64,000 nt of DNA. Origin: the human T2T-CHM13v2.0 reference genome, Homo sapiens. Below are positions 10,744 to 27,390 of the stretch, piece after piece (the stretch's first letter is position 1; every line of letters begins with the position of its first letter). A model generated the notes under the pieces. That model saw only the letters and a program-made list of their open reading frames with translations. It was not told the origin of the DNA and did no database searches. The stretch lies in the NCBI RefSeq assembly GCF_009914755.1, contig NC_060947.1; one strand, written 5' to 3'. Both the position numbers and the translations under genes were made by a program.

Positions 10744-12040
10744 TATTTATCACTTTTACAATTGGCTTTTTTGGTCATTATCTTAAACTTTAATTTTACT
10801 AATTTCTTCTACTGCCTTTGGATTATTTCTCTCGTGCTTTTGAATTTCTTCAAGAAGAGTGTGTATTTCTTTTATTTATGGTTTTATTGAATAATAATGG
10901 TAATTATGACTATGGGTTTTTCTCTGGGTATATCTTCAGCCATGCCACAGTACAGTTTGATATGATGTGTTCTCTTTTTCTTTGCTTTCCATATAACTTG
11001 CAATTTTATTTTTAATTTTCTTTTTGACGTAGGGGTTATTTTGGAGAATATTGCTATATTATCAGGCAATTACTATGATCATTTTTATTATTAATTTCTA
11101 ATTTTATTTTGTTAAGAGGATATGCCTATATATTCTCTCCTTTTTGGAATTTATTAATGTATTTTTATGTTTTTGAGGACATGATCGATTTGTTAAAAGT
11201 TTTATACATGTAAGAAAAAAGATGCACATTCTCTCCTTATATCATGCAAATTTCTTTCTATTGAGTTAATATCATTGGTTGATTATTTAGATCCTCTATG
11301 TCTTTGATTATCTTTTCATCTAATGGGTTGGTCAAATTCCGATAGAGGTGTATTAAAGTTCTCCTTGTAATTCTAACAGTTTTTGCTTTATCTGTTTAGT
11401 TGCAATGCTGTTTGGTACATACAAAAGTATTACTTATAATTTCTTTAGTTGTGCCATTTTTATTCATACAAATAATGATTTAAATTGTGTTTTAGAGCTT
11501 CCTTTGGCTTATATTAATATTTTCAACCATGTTTTCTTTTTGCTTGCTTATGCCTGATATCTCCTCACTCACTGATCTGTTTCAACATTTCTTTGTTGCT
11601 ATGCTGTAGGTGTGTTTCTTGTAAAGAACATATAGTTGGATTTTTAATTCACTATCATGGTCTGTGCCCTTTTACCTTTAGTGCAACAGTTAATACCCTT
11701 GATTTTATTCTCTTCATTTTGTTTTATGTTCCTATTATTTTTACTATTAATTTTATTTTGTCGAGCCCCCATTTCCTTTCTCTAATTTATTTTTTTTAGT
11801 TTATTCAAACTTCTATTCTTACACATTCATTATATTGTGAATTTGGAAAATTTACTATGCTTTTCTACACACTTCATTCCATGAATGCTAGCACTCAAAA
11901 TCAAACAATGTTTCTCTACTGTTGAATCCAAATGAGATAATTATACCACCCACTGAGGCACCTTATTTTCCCACTGCCCCCAACTCCAAAAATAGGAAAC
12001 CTTTAGAAACATTTATACAAAGTCCAAGTAGCATTCAATA

Positions 12041-12270
12041 CATAGTGGTTAAATTTGTGATCTCAGAATGACAGTGGCTGAGTTAGAAGCTATTTATTTA
12101 AAAGCTGTATTTTCTTGGGTGAGTTTTAAATCACTGTCTATATAAATTTCTTTATGTGAAAATGAAGCTAAGAATTGGATTATCTCATAAGGTTGCTGAG
12201 CTGATATGTAAAGATATGTAAAGTGCTTAGAGCAGCACCTGACAAGTACTAAGTGCTCAATAAATGCTAC
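12041..12270 (+). mobile_element. MIR
   Basis: CATAGTGGTTAA...ATGTAAAGTGCTTAGAGCAGCACCTGACAAGTACTAAGTGCTCAATAAATG. Confidence 0.75.
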
Positions 12271-13314
12271 CTGTGATAATTTAGACATGGATTGTATTCT
12301 CTCTGAATCTTTGCATGCTTGAATATATCCTACTTCACCTTGACTTGTAATGATTACCTAGGTTGGGCACACAGTTTTGGAGTTACTACTCTTTCCTTTT
12401 AGTAGTGTGTGGAGATTATTTCCTTGTTTTCTTACCTCCAGGATGGCAAGTAAAAATAATTTACCTGTCGGATATTTTCCCTTTTTATGTAACTTCTTTT
12501 TTATAATATTCTCTGTGATTGGAATTTATGAATTTTATAATGATACTTCTAGGCATTTGAACTTTTAAAAACTAATGGTGTCTGGAACTTGGGGTATCTT
12601 TTTATTGTTCAACCTCAAGATTTTCTTTAGATTAGAGAAATTTTTCTTCACAATTTCTTTACCTATCACTTTTCCATCTGTTTCTCTTCCTCGTCCTAGA
12701 AATTCATTAATGTATTGGGCCTTTTGGATCCGTCCTCCAAGATTTATCTTTTCCTTCATCATTTTCATTTATTGTTTAAATTTTCACCTGATCACCTTGG
12801 CTGCTTATTCAATTTTCAACAGTGACATTATCTCTTTCATTTAGTGTGAGTTTTTAAATTTGAAAATCATGTTTCTCAATTCCAGAAATTATTTTTCCTG
12901 TTTTAATTTTATTTCTTCCAGTGTTGTTATTGCTTTTTGCTAAATATGATATTTGACTCTTTCTATAGTTCTATTTCAGTCAGAAATAATATAAATTTTG
13001 AAATGCACAGACAATGGATATGAATTGTCACCTATGGAAATACTACGAGGGACTGGAGAAATTTGGAGAATGGAAAACTCCAAGGAAGGTCTTTTGGGGG
13101 ATAGGCAAAACTGGGATTGATTGAAATCAATTTTGTGATTCTGTATTTCTTCACTGTATCAACATTTTGCTTCACATACTGTTTCTTAGACATACCTAGA
13201 GAGGCCTACCTAAGTGATGGATTAAAGATTTTAAGAAAGTATCTTTAGACTGTAATGCATAATTTACTTACTCTCTCAATCTGTCTTCCCCATCCCTTCC
13301 AAGTCTCTGATGTT

Positions 13315-13722
<408 letters not shown>

Positions 13723-15619
13723 TAGTGTCAGGAGAAAGCAGGACGATTAAGCTGGGTAGAGATTGTGGCTTGACTAACAGCTGATACCATTTCTCAATGG
13801 GATCATTTTGTATATGTCCCCAAGAGAAACCTCTGAATAGTCAGAAGGAAGAAAATGTGCAATGATTTACGAAGGAATGGGATGACAGATACAGAAAACT
13901 GTTAAACATTGTCACGTACCCTCTGACTGAAATCCTGGAAAGAGAGTGCTATATCCTCCTTTCCTTGAAGACAGTTTCTTACTTTTTCTTAAAAAAAGAT
14001 TTACCATTTCACTAGAGATTGTAAATATTTACACATGTGCATATATGACAGAATAGTATGTTTTATAAACTTATGTTCTTCTGTTTCCCACAATATTTCT
14101 TACTTTTCCATTTTCCCATTCCTTGTTTCAGGAAAGGTTTATGGAAGGGCTTTTCGATTTCCCAAAGCCTAAACACATGAAAATATAGTGTTAGGTATAG
14201 TTGGTGCTCTTCCCTAAGATGTATCAAGCTATGGCTTTACTTCTATTTATGCTGCTTAAGGATTCATGTCTAGCATCAGTTGTTGAAAAATTCACGCCAC
14301 TATCTCTTCAAATATTGTCCCTTCCTCATTCTCTCTAGACTCTCTTTATGGACTTCGTTCTAGGTATATTTTGAAACTTTCCCTTTTTCTGCCATGTCTT
14401 CTAGCTTCTCATATTTTGTACTGTTTTATCTTTGTGTGCTGCATTCTGGGTGATTTATTGAGATCTATATTTGAATGTCCTAATTTTCTCCTTGCCTTTG
14501 TCTCTGCTAAGGCTATAAAAGTTTCACCAGTTCCAGATTAATTTTTATATTAGTGTATGTCCCTTGAATTCTCTCACATGTACAGATTATGAATTCGGCC
14601 TATGAATGGAGCTGGCCTGGATTTTGATTGCTCCCAGGGGGCTCTGTATCCACCCATGACCTCACATAAAAGATGAGCTTTCTTCTCATGTATCTTTGCT
14701 GTGGGATAAAGTTTTCTAGTTATCATTTCATGTACTGGTTGTGTTTCTGTGGGGCCTAGATTTAGATTGGAGCTCAGTACCAGCTTCCCATCTTCCACTG
14801 CCTAGAGGCATTGTTTTCTGTCCCTATGTGGGATTAAATCCTGGTCTCTAGATCTTAAAGCCGATAGCCGTCTGTCTTTATCTCCCGCTCCTTGCTAGCT
14901 CCTTCTTTGTTTCTTGGAGATTTCCATTTCATGATGATGAACTTGACTATTTACTGTTTTTAGCATTCTATCACATCTGTGAGTTTCGAGTGGGAAGGGG
15001 GAAGCTTTCCAACTCACTTCAGTCTGCTGTTGACTGGAAGTTCGCTGGACAGTTTTGTTGGATTAAATTGTGTAGGTGACATGTCATACCTGTTAAGAGA
15101 TACCTGAAGCATTGCTGCTTTACATTGCTTCCAGACATATAGTATAGAGTCTAACGAAGTTTTCTGTATCTCAGCATAGCAAAGGCAGGGAAGCAACACA
15201 GAAAGTCTTGATCATTCAAGGTCGACACAAGCAAAATAGAGAGCTACAATATTTGAAGAGGTCCTGAGGAAGGAATGAAAATGGTGAATTATGTAGAGCA
15301 GTATTACTAGAATCATGTGGACCTCCTCCAACAACTCTAAGGTGCTTTGTAAGCATCTTTGATCTTAGACACACCACGGAAAATGCAGCAGATCCTAAAT
15401 TGATTCCATTTCAGCACAACAATGGGATGAGAAGACAAAATATAAATTATGAGTATTGCTATAGAAAATAAAAGCTGGATGTTTTATACACTTGGGTTTG
15501 TGGACTGTGATTTATTCCAATTACACATATGTGTTAGCTATGGCATTCTGCAGGATGTATGATTACCAGACATTTATATTATCCTCTTTGCCTAGTAATT
15601 ATACTTTTCCTTATTTCCT

Positions 15620-15910
15620 CTCAAATTTTACTTCCTTAGGGAAGTTTTCTTTGTTCCCTTTTTAGCCCCTCAGAGTATGTCTTGATCTGCAGCAATATAC
15701 TCATATACATACCTGTGTTCCATTCCTTCTTTGTATTTATGTGGAATTATAATTATCCATACACTCATGTGATTATTTGATTAATGTATATACCCCACTA
15801 ATCTGTGAGCTTCATGAATACAAAGACCTAGTCTGTTTTTCCTACCATTGTATTCTCAATGCCTTGCATAGGTGCTCAATAGAGACTTATTAAGTGAATG
15901 AATGAATACA
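15620..15910 (+). mobile_element. L2 3' end
   Basis: TAGGTGCTCAATAG...TGAATGAATGAAT terminal microsatellite. Confidence 0.65.
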
Positions 15911-16999
15911 ATACATTTCTGCGTTGTTTGACATTTTTACAATGACTATATTAGTTTTACTATTAAAAAATGAAAATCATCCTATTTAGAACAAATATAA
16001 ACATAGACCTTCTGGGCCAGTGGTTTTTAATATATTTAGGGTTATACTTCCCATTAAAAACATGTTAATAATTATAGCTTATAGCCGCTCACCTGGAAAA
16101 CTTATATGCACCTTCCCCTCACTCCCAATACACAACCTTGTATACAATTTCCAGGAGTTTATAGACTTATCCAGTTGAGAACACCTGGTCTAGGTTAATC
16201 AGTATGGTCAGTAGGTGAGAGTTTCTTGGACACTGTCCTTAGCCTGGCTGAAGGGCCACTAGGGAGGAAGGTGACTGAAAGGCAGCAAAGCTAGGTTCCC
16301 TAGATTCCCTGGAGATGCAGATTTTGGGCATGAAAGGCCCACCAGACTGCACTGCTCATGATAGGTGGGAGGCAGCAGATAGGGTCCAGGGAGGCTTCCA
16401 CTCAGACACTGTGAATAAGGGCAGAGAGCAGGGAGATGGCTAGGGACACTCCCCCAGCAATCACTTCTCCAGGCCTCATGGACACCCTCAGCTGCAAGGG
16501 TCTAGAAGGCATGAGTTCTGGTTTCCAGTGGCAGGAACAGTGCTCCCTTCTCTGCTGGGGCTGGGTTACCCCTGTGGAAATTTAGGAGAGGGAGGAGGGA
16601 AGGATCCAAAAGCATTTACTCAGGTCACCACCTTGGTCATCTGTCCAGGTATATTTTTGGAGTGAGCAAGAGTCAGGTGCCCATATGCAGGAAATGAGAC
16701 GTTCTGAAATATGAGAGGGGATGGGGGCAGCACCTTCCCCCTATCTTGACTGGGCAGAAAGGATAGGACCATCTCTGCATTCCTCATACCTTGCAGCATC
16801 AATCTCACAGCTCTTCCCTTTGCTCAGAGTTAAATTTCATTGTTTAGAAGGATTCAGTCTAATCCTTCTAAATACCTTATCAAAAACCTTACCAATCACC
16901 TTATCAAATACCTTAGCATGTTTATAAACTCTTCTTGTGCAGAAAAGCAATACATTCATAAAACGTAATTGTGCTAAGGCACTTCCTCCCTCTTAAATT

Positions 17000-17382
<383 letters not shown>

Positions 17383-17434
17383 TGACCATAACTTCATTTT
17401 TTTTCTGATTGTAAAAATGATTGCATACTGACGC

Positions 17435-17728
<294 letters not shown>

Positions 17729-18105
17729 ACTGATGCTTATTTTTTAAGGCGGTAATAGTACATGAGGAAGTGAAAATATGAGGAAGTACAAATCTCATGT
17801 TCATTCCCTGCCTCTGTTACTGACATGCTGTCCATTTTCTAATTCTAATCCCTGCCTGCCTCTCCGCCCTCACGTTTTGGGGGATGGACACAGTTGCAGG
17901 GGAAATGGAAGACATTACTGATCGTGGACATCGAGGGTGGAGAGAGAAACTTGGGCATCAAACTAGCCCTGAGAACTGTACCAATGAGGTTGAAAACATT
18001 TGTAAACCATTGCCTAGTAAAAGCAGTCACTGAGATCAGCGTTTTGGATGATTAATATCTCTTAAAAACATTTTATAATTCCCTCAACAAAGCTCTTGCA
18101 AACTG

Positions 18106-18540
18106 TGGTAGAGGCTGTTAGTGCTCTCCAATATCCATGTTTTCTGCCCACTCCTTGGAATCCAGCTAGATTGGTCAATAGTGGCCTAGCTATAGTGGTC
18201 AACGTCCCCTATGATTGGGTGCAACCATGAGACTGAGTTCTGGCCAATGGATTGTGGCAGGAGTGATGTGTTCCAGATTTTGCCTCATGAAACTTCCTCA
18301 TGCTTGACTTGTGCTCTCTCTTTTCCTATCTACCCGCTGAATGGAGATAACTTTGAGTACCTAGAGAAGGATGGAGCTACAAGATGGAATGAGCCTGGGA
18401 CCCTGAATGGCCACGTGTAGCAGAGCCTCTCTGCTGACCTGGAACATTAACCTCAGACTCTTTTGGTAATGAAAATATATTTTTTAAGTCATACAATTTT
18501 TGAGTTTTTCATTACAGCAGTTTAGACTTTTATACTACTA
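18106..18540 (+). mobile_element. MLT1-family MaLR solo LTR
   Basis: TGAGACTGAGTTCTGGCCAATGGA...AAGATGGAATGAGCCTGGGACCCTGAATG...CAGAGCC. Confidence 0.7.
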
Positions 18541-19404
18541 CAACATTAATGGATTTCTGTCCTTCCTTTTTTTTTGGACCTTAGGTGATGAGGATTATAC
18601 TAACCATATTCTTCCCTTCGTAGCATACCATCTGCATTGGTCTAATCAAAACCCATTTTCTTTCCTTTATTAATTCATTTACTACTTTATTTGTTTCCTT
18701 TCTTCTCTATTCTTTACTTCCATCTCCTCCCCAAAGGCAACCTTCTAATTTATTTGATGTGTATGTTTGTTTGAGTTATTTTAAAACTTACATTACTTTG
18801 TATGCATGGATTTAGATAGTAGTATGGTGCTGTGGATCTTATTCTGGCTTTTTTCCCCACTCAGTAATATTTTTTTAAAGATCCATCTATGTCACTCTGT
18901 GTACATGGTCTGTAGTTTCACACTGTTGCATAATGTACCATGGTATTCATCCACTCCAATTTACTTCCTCATTTTCCAGGAAATAAAATCTATACTGCTT
19001 CCAACTTTCTGTTACCTCATACATTGTGATGAACGTCCTCATGCATGTCCCCTTATGGACCTACATGAAAAGTGTTCTGGAATATATATAAAATGAATGG
19101 AATTGTTGAGTCATAGGGCATATGTATAATTCATTTATGTATGTCAGATTGCTCTTTGGAATAGCAGCTCCAGTCTAAACTCTAATCAGCTGTGTGCATT
19201 AGAATTCCTCTATCTTTGTACCCTCACTAACAATCGGCAGGTCCCAGCTTTAAAATTTTTGCCAGCCAAATAGGTATAAACGGATTTATAACTGAATTTT
19301 AATTAGCAATTAACTGGTTAATAATGAGTTTGAACATCTCTTCATTTATTTCTGAGCATTTTGGTTTTCATCTCCTCTGGGTATATTTGTCATGTTTTGT
19401 CAGT

Positions 19405-19740
19405 TTATTTTATTTTACTTTATTTTACTTTTTGAGATAGGGTCTCACTCTGTCACCCAGGCTGGAGTGCAGTGGCACAAACATGGCTCACTGCAGTCTT
19501 GACCTCCTGGGCTCAAGCGATTCTTCTGCCTAGCTGCTCCAAGTAGCTGGAACCAGAGGCATGCACCATCACATTCAGCTAATTTTTTAAAATAGGTTTT
19601 TTTTTTTTTTTTTTTTTTTTTGTAGAAACAAGATCTTGCCATGTTGCCTAAGCTGGTCTTCAACTCCTGGCCTCAAGCTATCCTTCTGCCTTGGCCTCCC
19701 AAAGCACTGGCATTACAGGCAGGAGCCACCTCATCCGTCC
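19405..19740 (-). mobile_element. AluJ with an expanded middle A-tract
   Basis: GAGATAGGGTCTCACTCTGTCACCCAGGCTGG...; long internal T-run at ~19597-19621. Confidence 0.92.
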
Positions 19741-20279
19741 GTCCTCTTTTGTCACTTTAAGGCAGTGTATTCCTGTCTTTTTCTTTTGGATTTGCAGGAG
19801 TACTTTGTATATGCTAGCTATTAATCCTTTGTTAAAGGTATTGTAAATAACTTTTCTCTGTCATCTATTAACTTTGTTTATGGTGTCTCTCATTGAATAG
19901 AAATTCTTATTTTTTATGTAATCAAATCTATTAATCTTTTGTGTCTTATGGCATCTACTTCTGAGGTTTTGTTTAAGAAATTGTTATCTAATTCTAGGCC
20001 ACAAAGATTTTTTCCTATATCATCATCTATTAACTTCATAATTTTAGCTTTCAAATTTATTTTATTCTCTGTAGTCTAGATTTATACATGGTGCTAAGGA
20101 GGGTTCCAGCTTTATTTTTCTTCAAATAGTGAACTAGTCTTTCCAATAACATGTATTATACCGTCCATCCTTTCTCCATTGATTTGTGCTGCCTATTTTT
20201 TCTGTATCTACTTAAGTCTGTCTCTAAACGTTTCCATTTATGTATTTATCTCTTCCATATTACTTTTGTTACTATGATA

Positions 20280-20626
20280 CGGCAGGGAGAGCTGGTACTC
20301 ACCAAATGATTTTTGTACTTACTTTCCTAGCTTGCCTTGCAGTTAGATTGAGGTCATATGACTATCTGGACTACACACTACAAGCAAAGTAATGTTTATT
20401 ATTTCTGGGTCAAGGTTATTTAAAACTGGTGTAAAAGGCTGTGTGTTTAGATGGAGGAACCACAAGATGGAAGAAGCCTTAGGTTCCTGAGTAACTGCAT
20501 GGAAGACTGGAGAGCTGCCTAATCATTAAATTTTACGTAAATAGGAAATAAACCTTTGTTTACTTCACTGAGGTTTTGAGGTTCATTTGTTACTTCAGTA
20601 TAGCATATTGTTACCCTGACTGACAC
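20280..20626 (+). mobile_element. MLT1-family MaLR solo LTR
   Basis: CTTGCAGTTAG...CACAAGATGGAAGAAGCC...AAATAAACCTTTG...ACCCTGACTGACACA. Confidence 0.7.
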
Positions 20627-21509
20627 ATACAGTGTATCTTACTATCCAGTAGGGTAAGTCTCCACTCTATCCTTTGTTTCCAAATTGATGTAGCTCTTGT
20701 TGGGTCTTTATATTTCCATATAGTGTTAGAATGTATCAATTAAGCTTTGATAGATTTTTTAAAATGTTAAGCCAGCTCTGCGTTACCATTCTGATCATGA
20801 CTTTTTAAAATACATTGCTGGATTCTACTTGCTGGTATTTTGTTTAAGATTTTCACATTTATATTTTGAGACTTGTTTGAAATTTCATTTTTTATACTGA
20901 TCTTGTCAGTTTTAATATAAAAGATATTTGGCTCATAAAATGCATTGAACAACATTACTTATTTCTAGGCTATAGAAGAGCTTGTATAAGATTGGACTTT
21001 ATCTGTTACATCTGGGTCTATTTTTCTGAGGAGAGGGGCAGGGAACTTTTAAACTACTGATTTAATTGTTTTCCGTGGTTATAGGACCCTTTGGATTCTC
21101 TGTTTCTTTCTGAGCCAATTTTGGCAAGTCTTATTTTTCAAATAATGTATCCATTTCATCCACATTTTCGAATTCATTGTCATAAAGTTAATTATGGTAT
21201 TCTCTTATCTGTTAAAATCACTGCATATTCATTATTGTGTCCTCTTGTTTACTGCTAATATTGTTTATTTTCACCTTTTTTCTTGATTGGTCTCATCAAA
21301 GGCTTGCTTTTTAAATTATATCTTTTGAGGACCAATTTTTCAATTTTTAAAATTCTATCAAATGTATTTTTTCTATTTCATCTATTTCTGCTCTTGTCTT
21401 TTTCATTTTATTATCTTACATTTATTCTATCAGTCTATTTCTAACTTTTGATTTGGATGCTTAGCTCATTAATGCTTACCTTTTTTTTCCAGTCTAACAT
21501 AAGATTTTT

Positions 21510-21765
21510 AAAACAGCTTTATGAGATATAATTCACATTCTAAACAATTCACCTATTTAAAGTGTAAAATTCAATCTTTTGTTGTATGCTTGCAGAGTTG
21601 TGCAACCATCACCACAATGAATTGTAGAATATTTTCATCACTCCAAACAGAAACCCTGCACCTATGAGTTGTCACTCTTCAACTTGCCTCTGCCACTCCT
21701 TTCAACTATTACTTTACTTTCTGTCTCTATAGATTTCCCTGTTGTAAACATTTCATATAACATTA
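21510..21765 (-). mobile_element. L1MB-type 3' end
   Basis: ACAGCTTTATGAGATATAATTCACA...GTTGTGCAACCATCACCACAAT. Confidence 0.8.
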
Positions 21766-21807
21766 AAAACTTAAGACCATAAATTTCCTTTGAAATAATG
21801 TTTTTAT

Positions 21808-22013
21808 TGAGAACACAGGGACACGGGGAAACAACATACACCAGGGGCTGTTCGATGGTGGGAGGTGAGGGGAGGGATCGTAGAGGACGGGTCAATAGGT
21901 GCAGCAAACCACGGTGGCACACATGTACCTATGTAACAAGCCTGCACGTTCTGCACATGTATCCCATTCTTTTTCTTTTAGAAGAAATAAAGAAAAAGAA
22001 AGCAAAAAAAAAG
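21808..22013 (+). mobile_element. Older L1PA (L1PA13-like) 3' end with A-tail
   Basis: GGGTCAATAGGTGCAGCAAACCACGGTGGCACACATGTACCTATGTAACAAGCCTGCACGTTCTGCACATGTATCCC. Confidence 0.85.
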
Positions 22014-22164
22014 CAATACTGTTTTTACTGAATCCTACAAATGTTGATATTTAGTGTTTTTGTTATTATTCAGTTTTCAGTGTTTTAAAATTTCTATTAT
22101 GCTTCCTTTTTTAACCCATAAACTACAAAAAAGTTTTTTTTTTTTTAATTTCCAAACATGATCG

Positions 22165-25258
<3,094 letters not shown>

Positions 25259-25666
25259 TTTCAAATACATGGTTTTTAAAACATATTACCTTGTTATGTA
25301 TTTCTATCCTAATTGCATTTTGGTCAAATAAAGTGATTATTATGACACTGATTCTTGGAAATTTGTTGAGATATGTTTTATGGCCAAATTCATGATCATT
25401 ATTATAAACAGTCCCTCTATGCTTGAGAAGAAAGTGTATTCTCCTATTATTTGGTTCAGGATTTTGTGTACATCCATTAAATCAGATTGTTGACCACATT
25501 GCTCAATATTCTATATCTTTACTATCAAGATATATTAATAGAATACTTTTTGTTCTCCTTATTCTTTAAATACTTTAGAGATGTTGTATTCTTCCGTGCG
25601 ATTGTTGATTTGTTCATTTCTTTTTATAGTTCCATAACATTTTTCTTTATATATACATATATATGT

Positions 25667-25963
25667 TTTGAGATGGAATCTCGCTCTGTCATCCAGGCTA
25701 GAGTGCAATGGCGCCATCTCGGCTGACTGCTACCTCCACCTCACTGGTTCAAGCGATTCTTTTGCCTCAGCCTCCTGAGTAGCTGAGATTACAGGCATGC
25801 ATCACCATGCCTGGCTAATTTTTTGTATTTTTAGTAGAGGCGGGGTTTCATCATGTTGGCCAGCCTGTTCTTGAATTCCTGTGACTTGAAGCGATCCACC
25901 CGCCTCGGCCTCCCAAAGTGCTGAGATTACAGGCTGAGCCACTGTGCCCAGCCTCTTTATATA
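25667..25963 (-). mobile_element. AluS
   Basis: Antisense Alu dimer with a (TA)-degenerate tail. Confidence 0.93.
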
Positions 25964-26381
25964 TTTTGGGGTTATTTTATTAAATACTCACAAATTTATA
26001 ATTTTTTGGTGAATTTAACTTTTTATCATCATTTAGAAACCTTTATTGTGAAATAATTATATATTTACCTGTAATTGCAAGGATAATACAGAGAGGTCTT
26101 CTGTACCTTTCTTCACAGTTTCCCCCAATGGCTACATCTTATATGACTGTAGTACAATATTAAAATGAGGAACTTGATACTGATAGAAAATGCGTCATAT
26201 AGTTCTATACCATTGTATTACACCACCACAATCAAGATACAGAACTATTCTATCCCCACAAAGATATCCTTTGTGGTACCCCTTTCTAGTGATACACAGT
26301 ATCCACCCCACCACCCCTAACACCTGGAAACCATGAATCTGTTTTCTATTTCTGTAATTTTTTCATTTTAAGACTGTTATA

Positions 26382-27390
26382 CAAGGAACTAAACTCAAGA
26401 GCAAAACCCCAAATAATTCCATTCAAGTGGGCAAAGGATGTCAACAGACATTTCCCTAAAGAAGACATACAAATGGCCAACAGGTGTATGAAAAAATGCT
26501 CTACATCAGTAATTATCAAATAAATGCAAATCAAAACCAGAATGAGATATCAACTCACTCCATTTAGGATGGCTACTATCAAAAAGACAAAAAATAACAT
26601 GCTGGCAAGGATGTGGAGAAAAGGGGACACTTATACACTGTTAGTGGGAATATAAATTTGTACAGCCATTACAGAAAAGAGTACAGGGGGTTGTCAAAAA
26701 CAGCAAAACTGGAACTATCATCCAATCTAGCAATCCCACCACTGGATAGTTATCCAAAGAAAAGAAAATCAGTATATCAATGGGATACTTGCACCCCCAT
26801 GTTTATTGCAGCACTATGCACAATAACCAAGATTTAGAAGCAATCTAAGTGTCCATCAATGGATGAATGGATAAAGAAAATATGTTACATATACACAGTG
26901 TAATACTATTCAGCCATAAAAAGTATGAAATCCTGTCATTTGCAGCAACATGGATAGAACTGGAGGTCATTATGTTAAGTGAAATAAGCCAGGCACAAAA
27001 AAGGCAATTGCATGTTCTCACTCACATGAGGGAGCCAAAAAAAGTTCATCTAATGGAGGTAGACAGTAGAATGATAGTTACCTGAGGCTGGGAATGGGGC
27101 GAGGCGGGTAGCAGGGGATGAAGAGAGGTTGGTTAATGAGTACAAACATACAGTTAGATAGAAGAAATAAGTTATTGAGTTCGATAGCACAGCAGGGTGA
27201 CTATAGTTAACAATAATTCAAAATAGCTAGAAGATTTGAAATGGTCCCAACGCAAAGAAATGACAAATGGTTAAGGTGGTGGATATCCTGAATATTCTGA
27301 CTTGATCATTACACCTTGTAGGCACATATCAAAGCATCATACATACCCCACCAATACTACAATTATTATGTATCAATAACAAAGCAAAAA
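26382..27390 (+). mobile_element. L1MA 3' ~1 kb inserted in an antisense L1MC fragment (~26040-26380 and ~27400-27570)
   Basis: L1 ORF2 C-terminus and 3' UTR motifs. TSD-like AAGACTGTTATA (26370-26381) / AAGAATGTTATA (27389-27400). Confidence 0.85.

Larger units (their letters stand above)
18780..21500 (-). mobile_element. Fragmented old L1 (L1M), interrupted by an AluJ and an MLT1 LTR
   Basis: Antisense L1 ORF2/3' motifs such as TTTGAACATCTCTTCAT, CCATCCTTTCTCCATTGATTTG, TTGCTGGTATTTTGTTTAAGATTTT. Confidence 0.6.
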
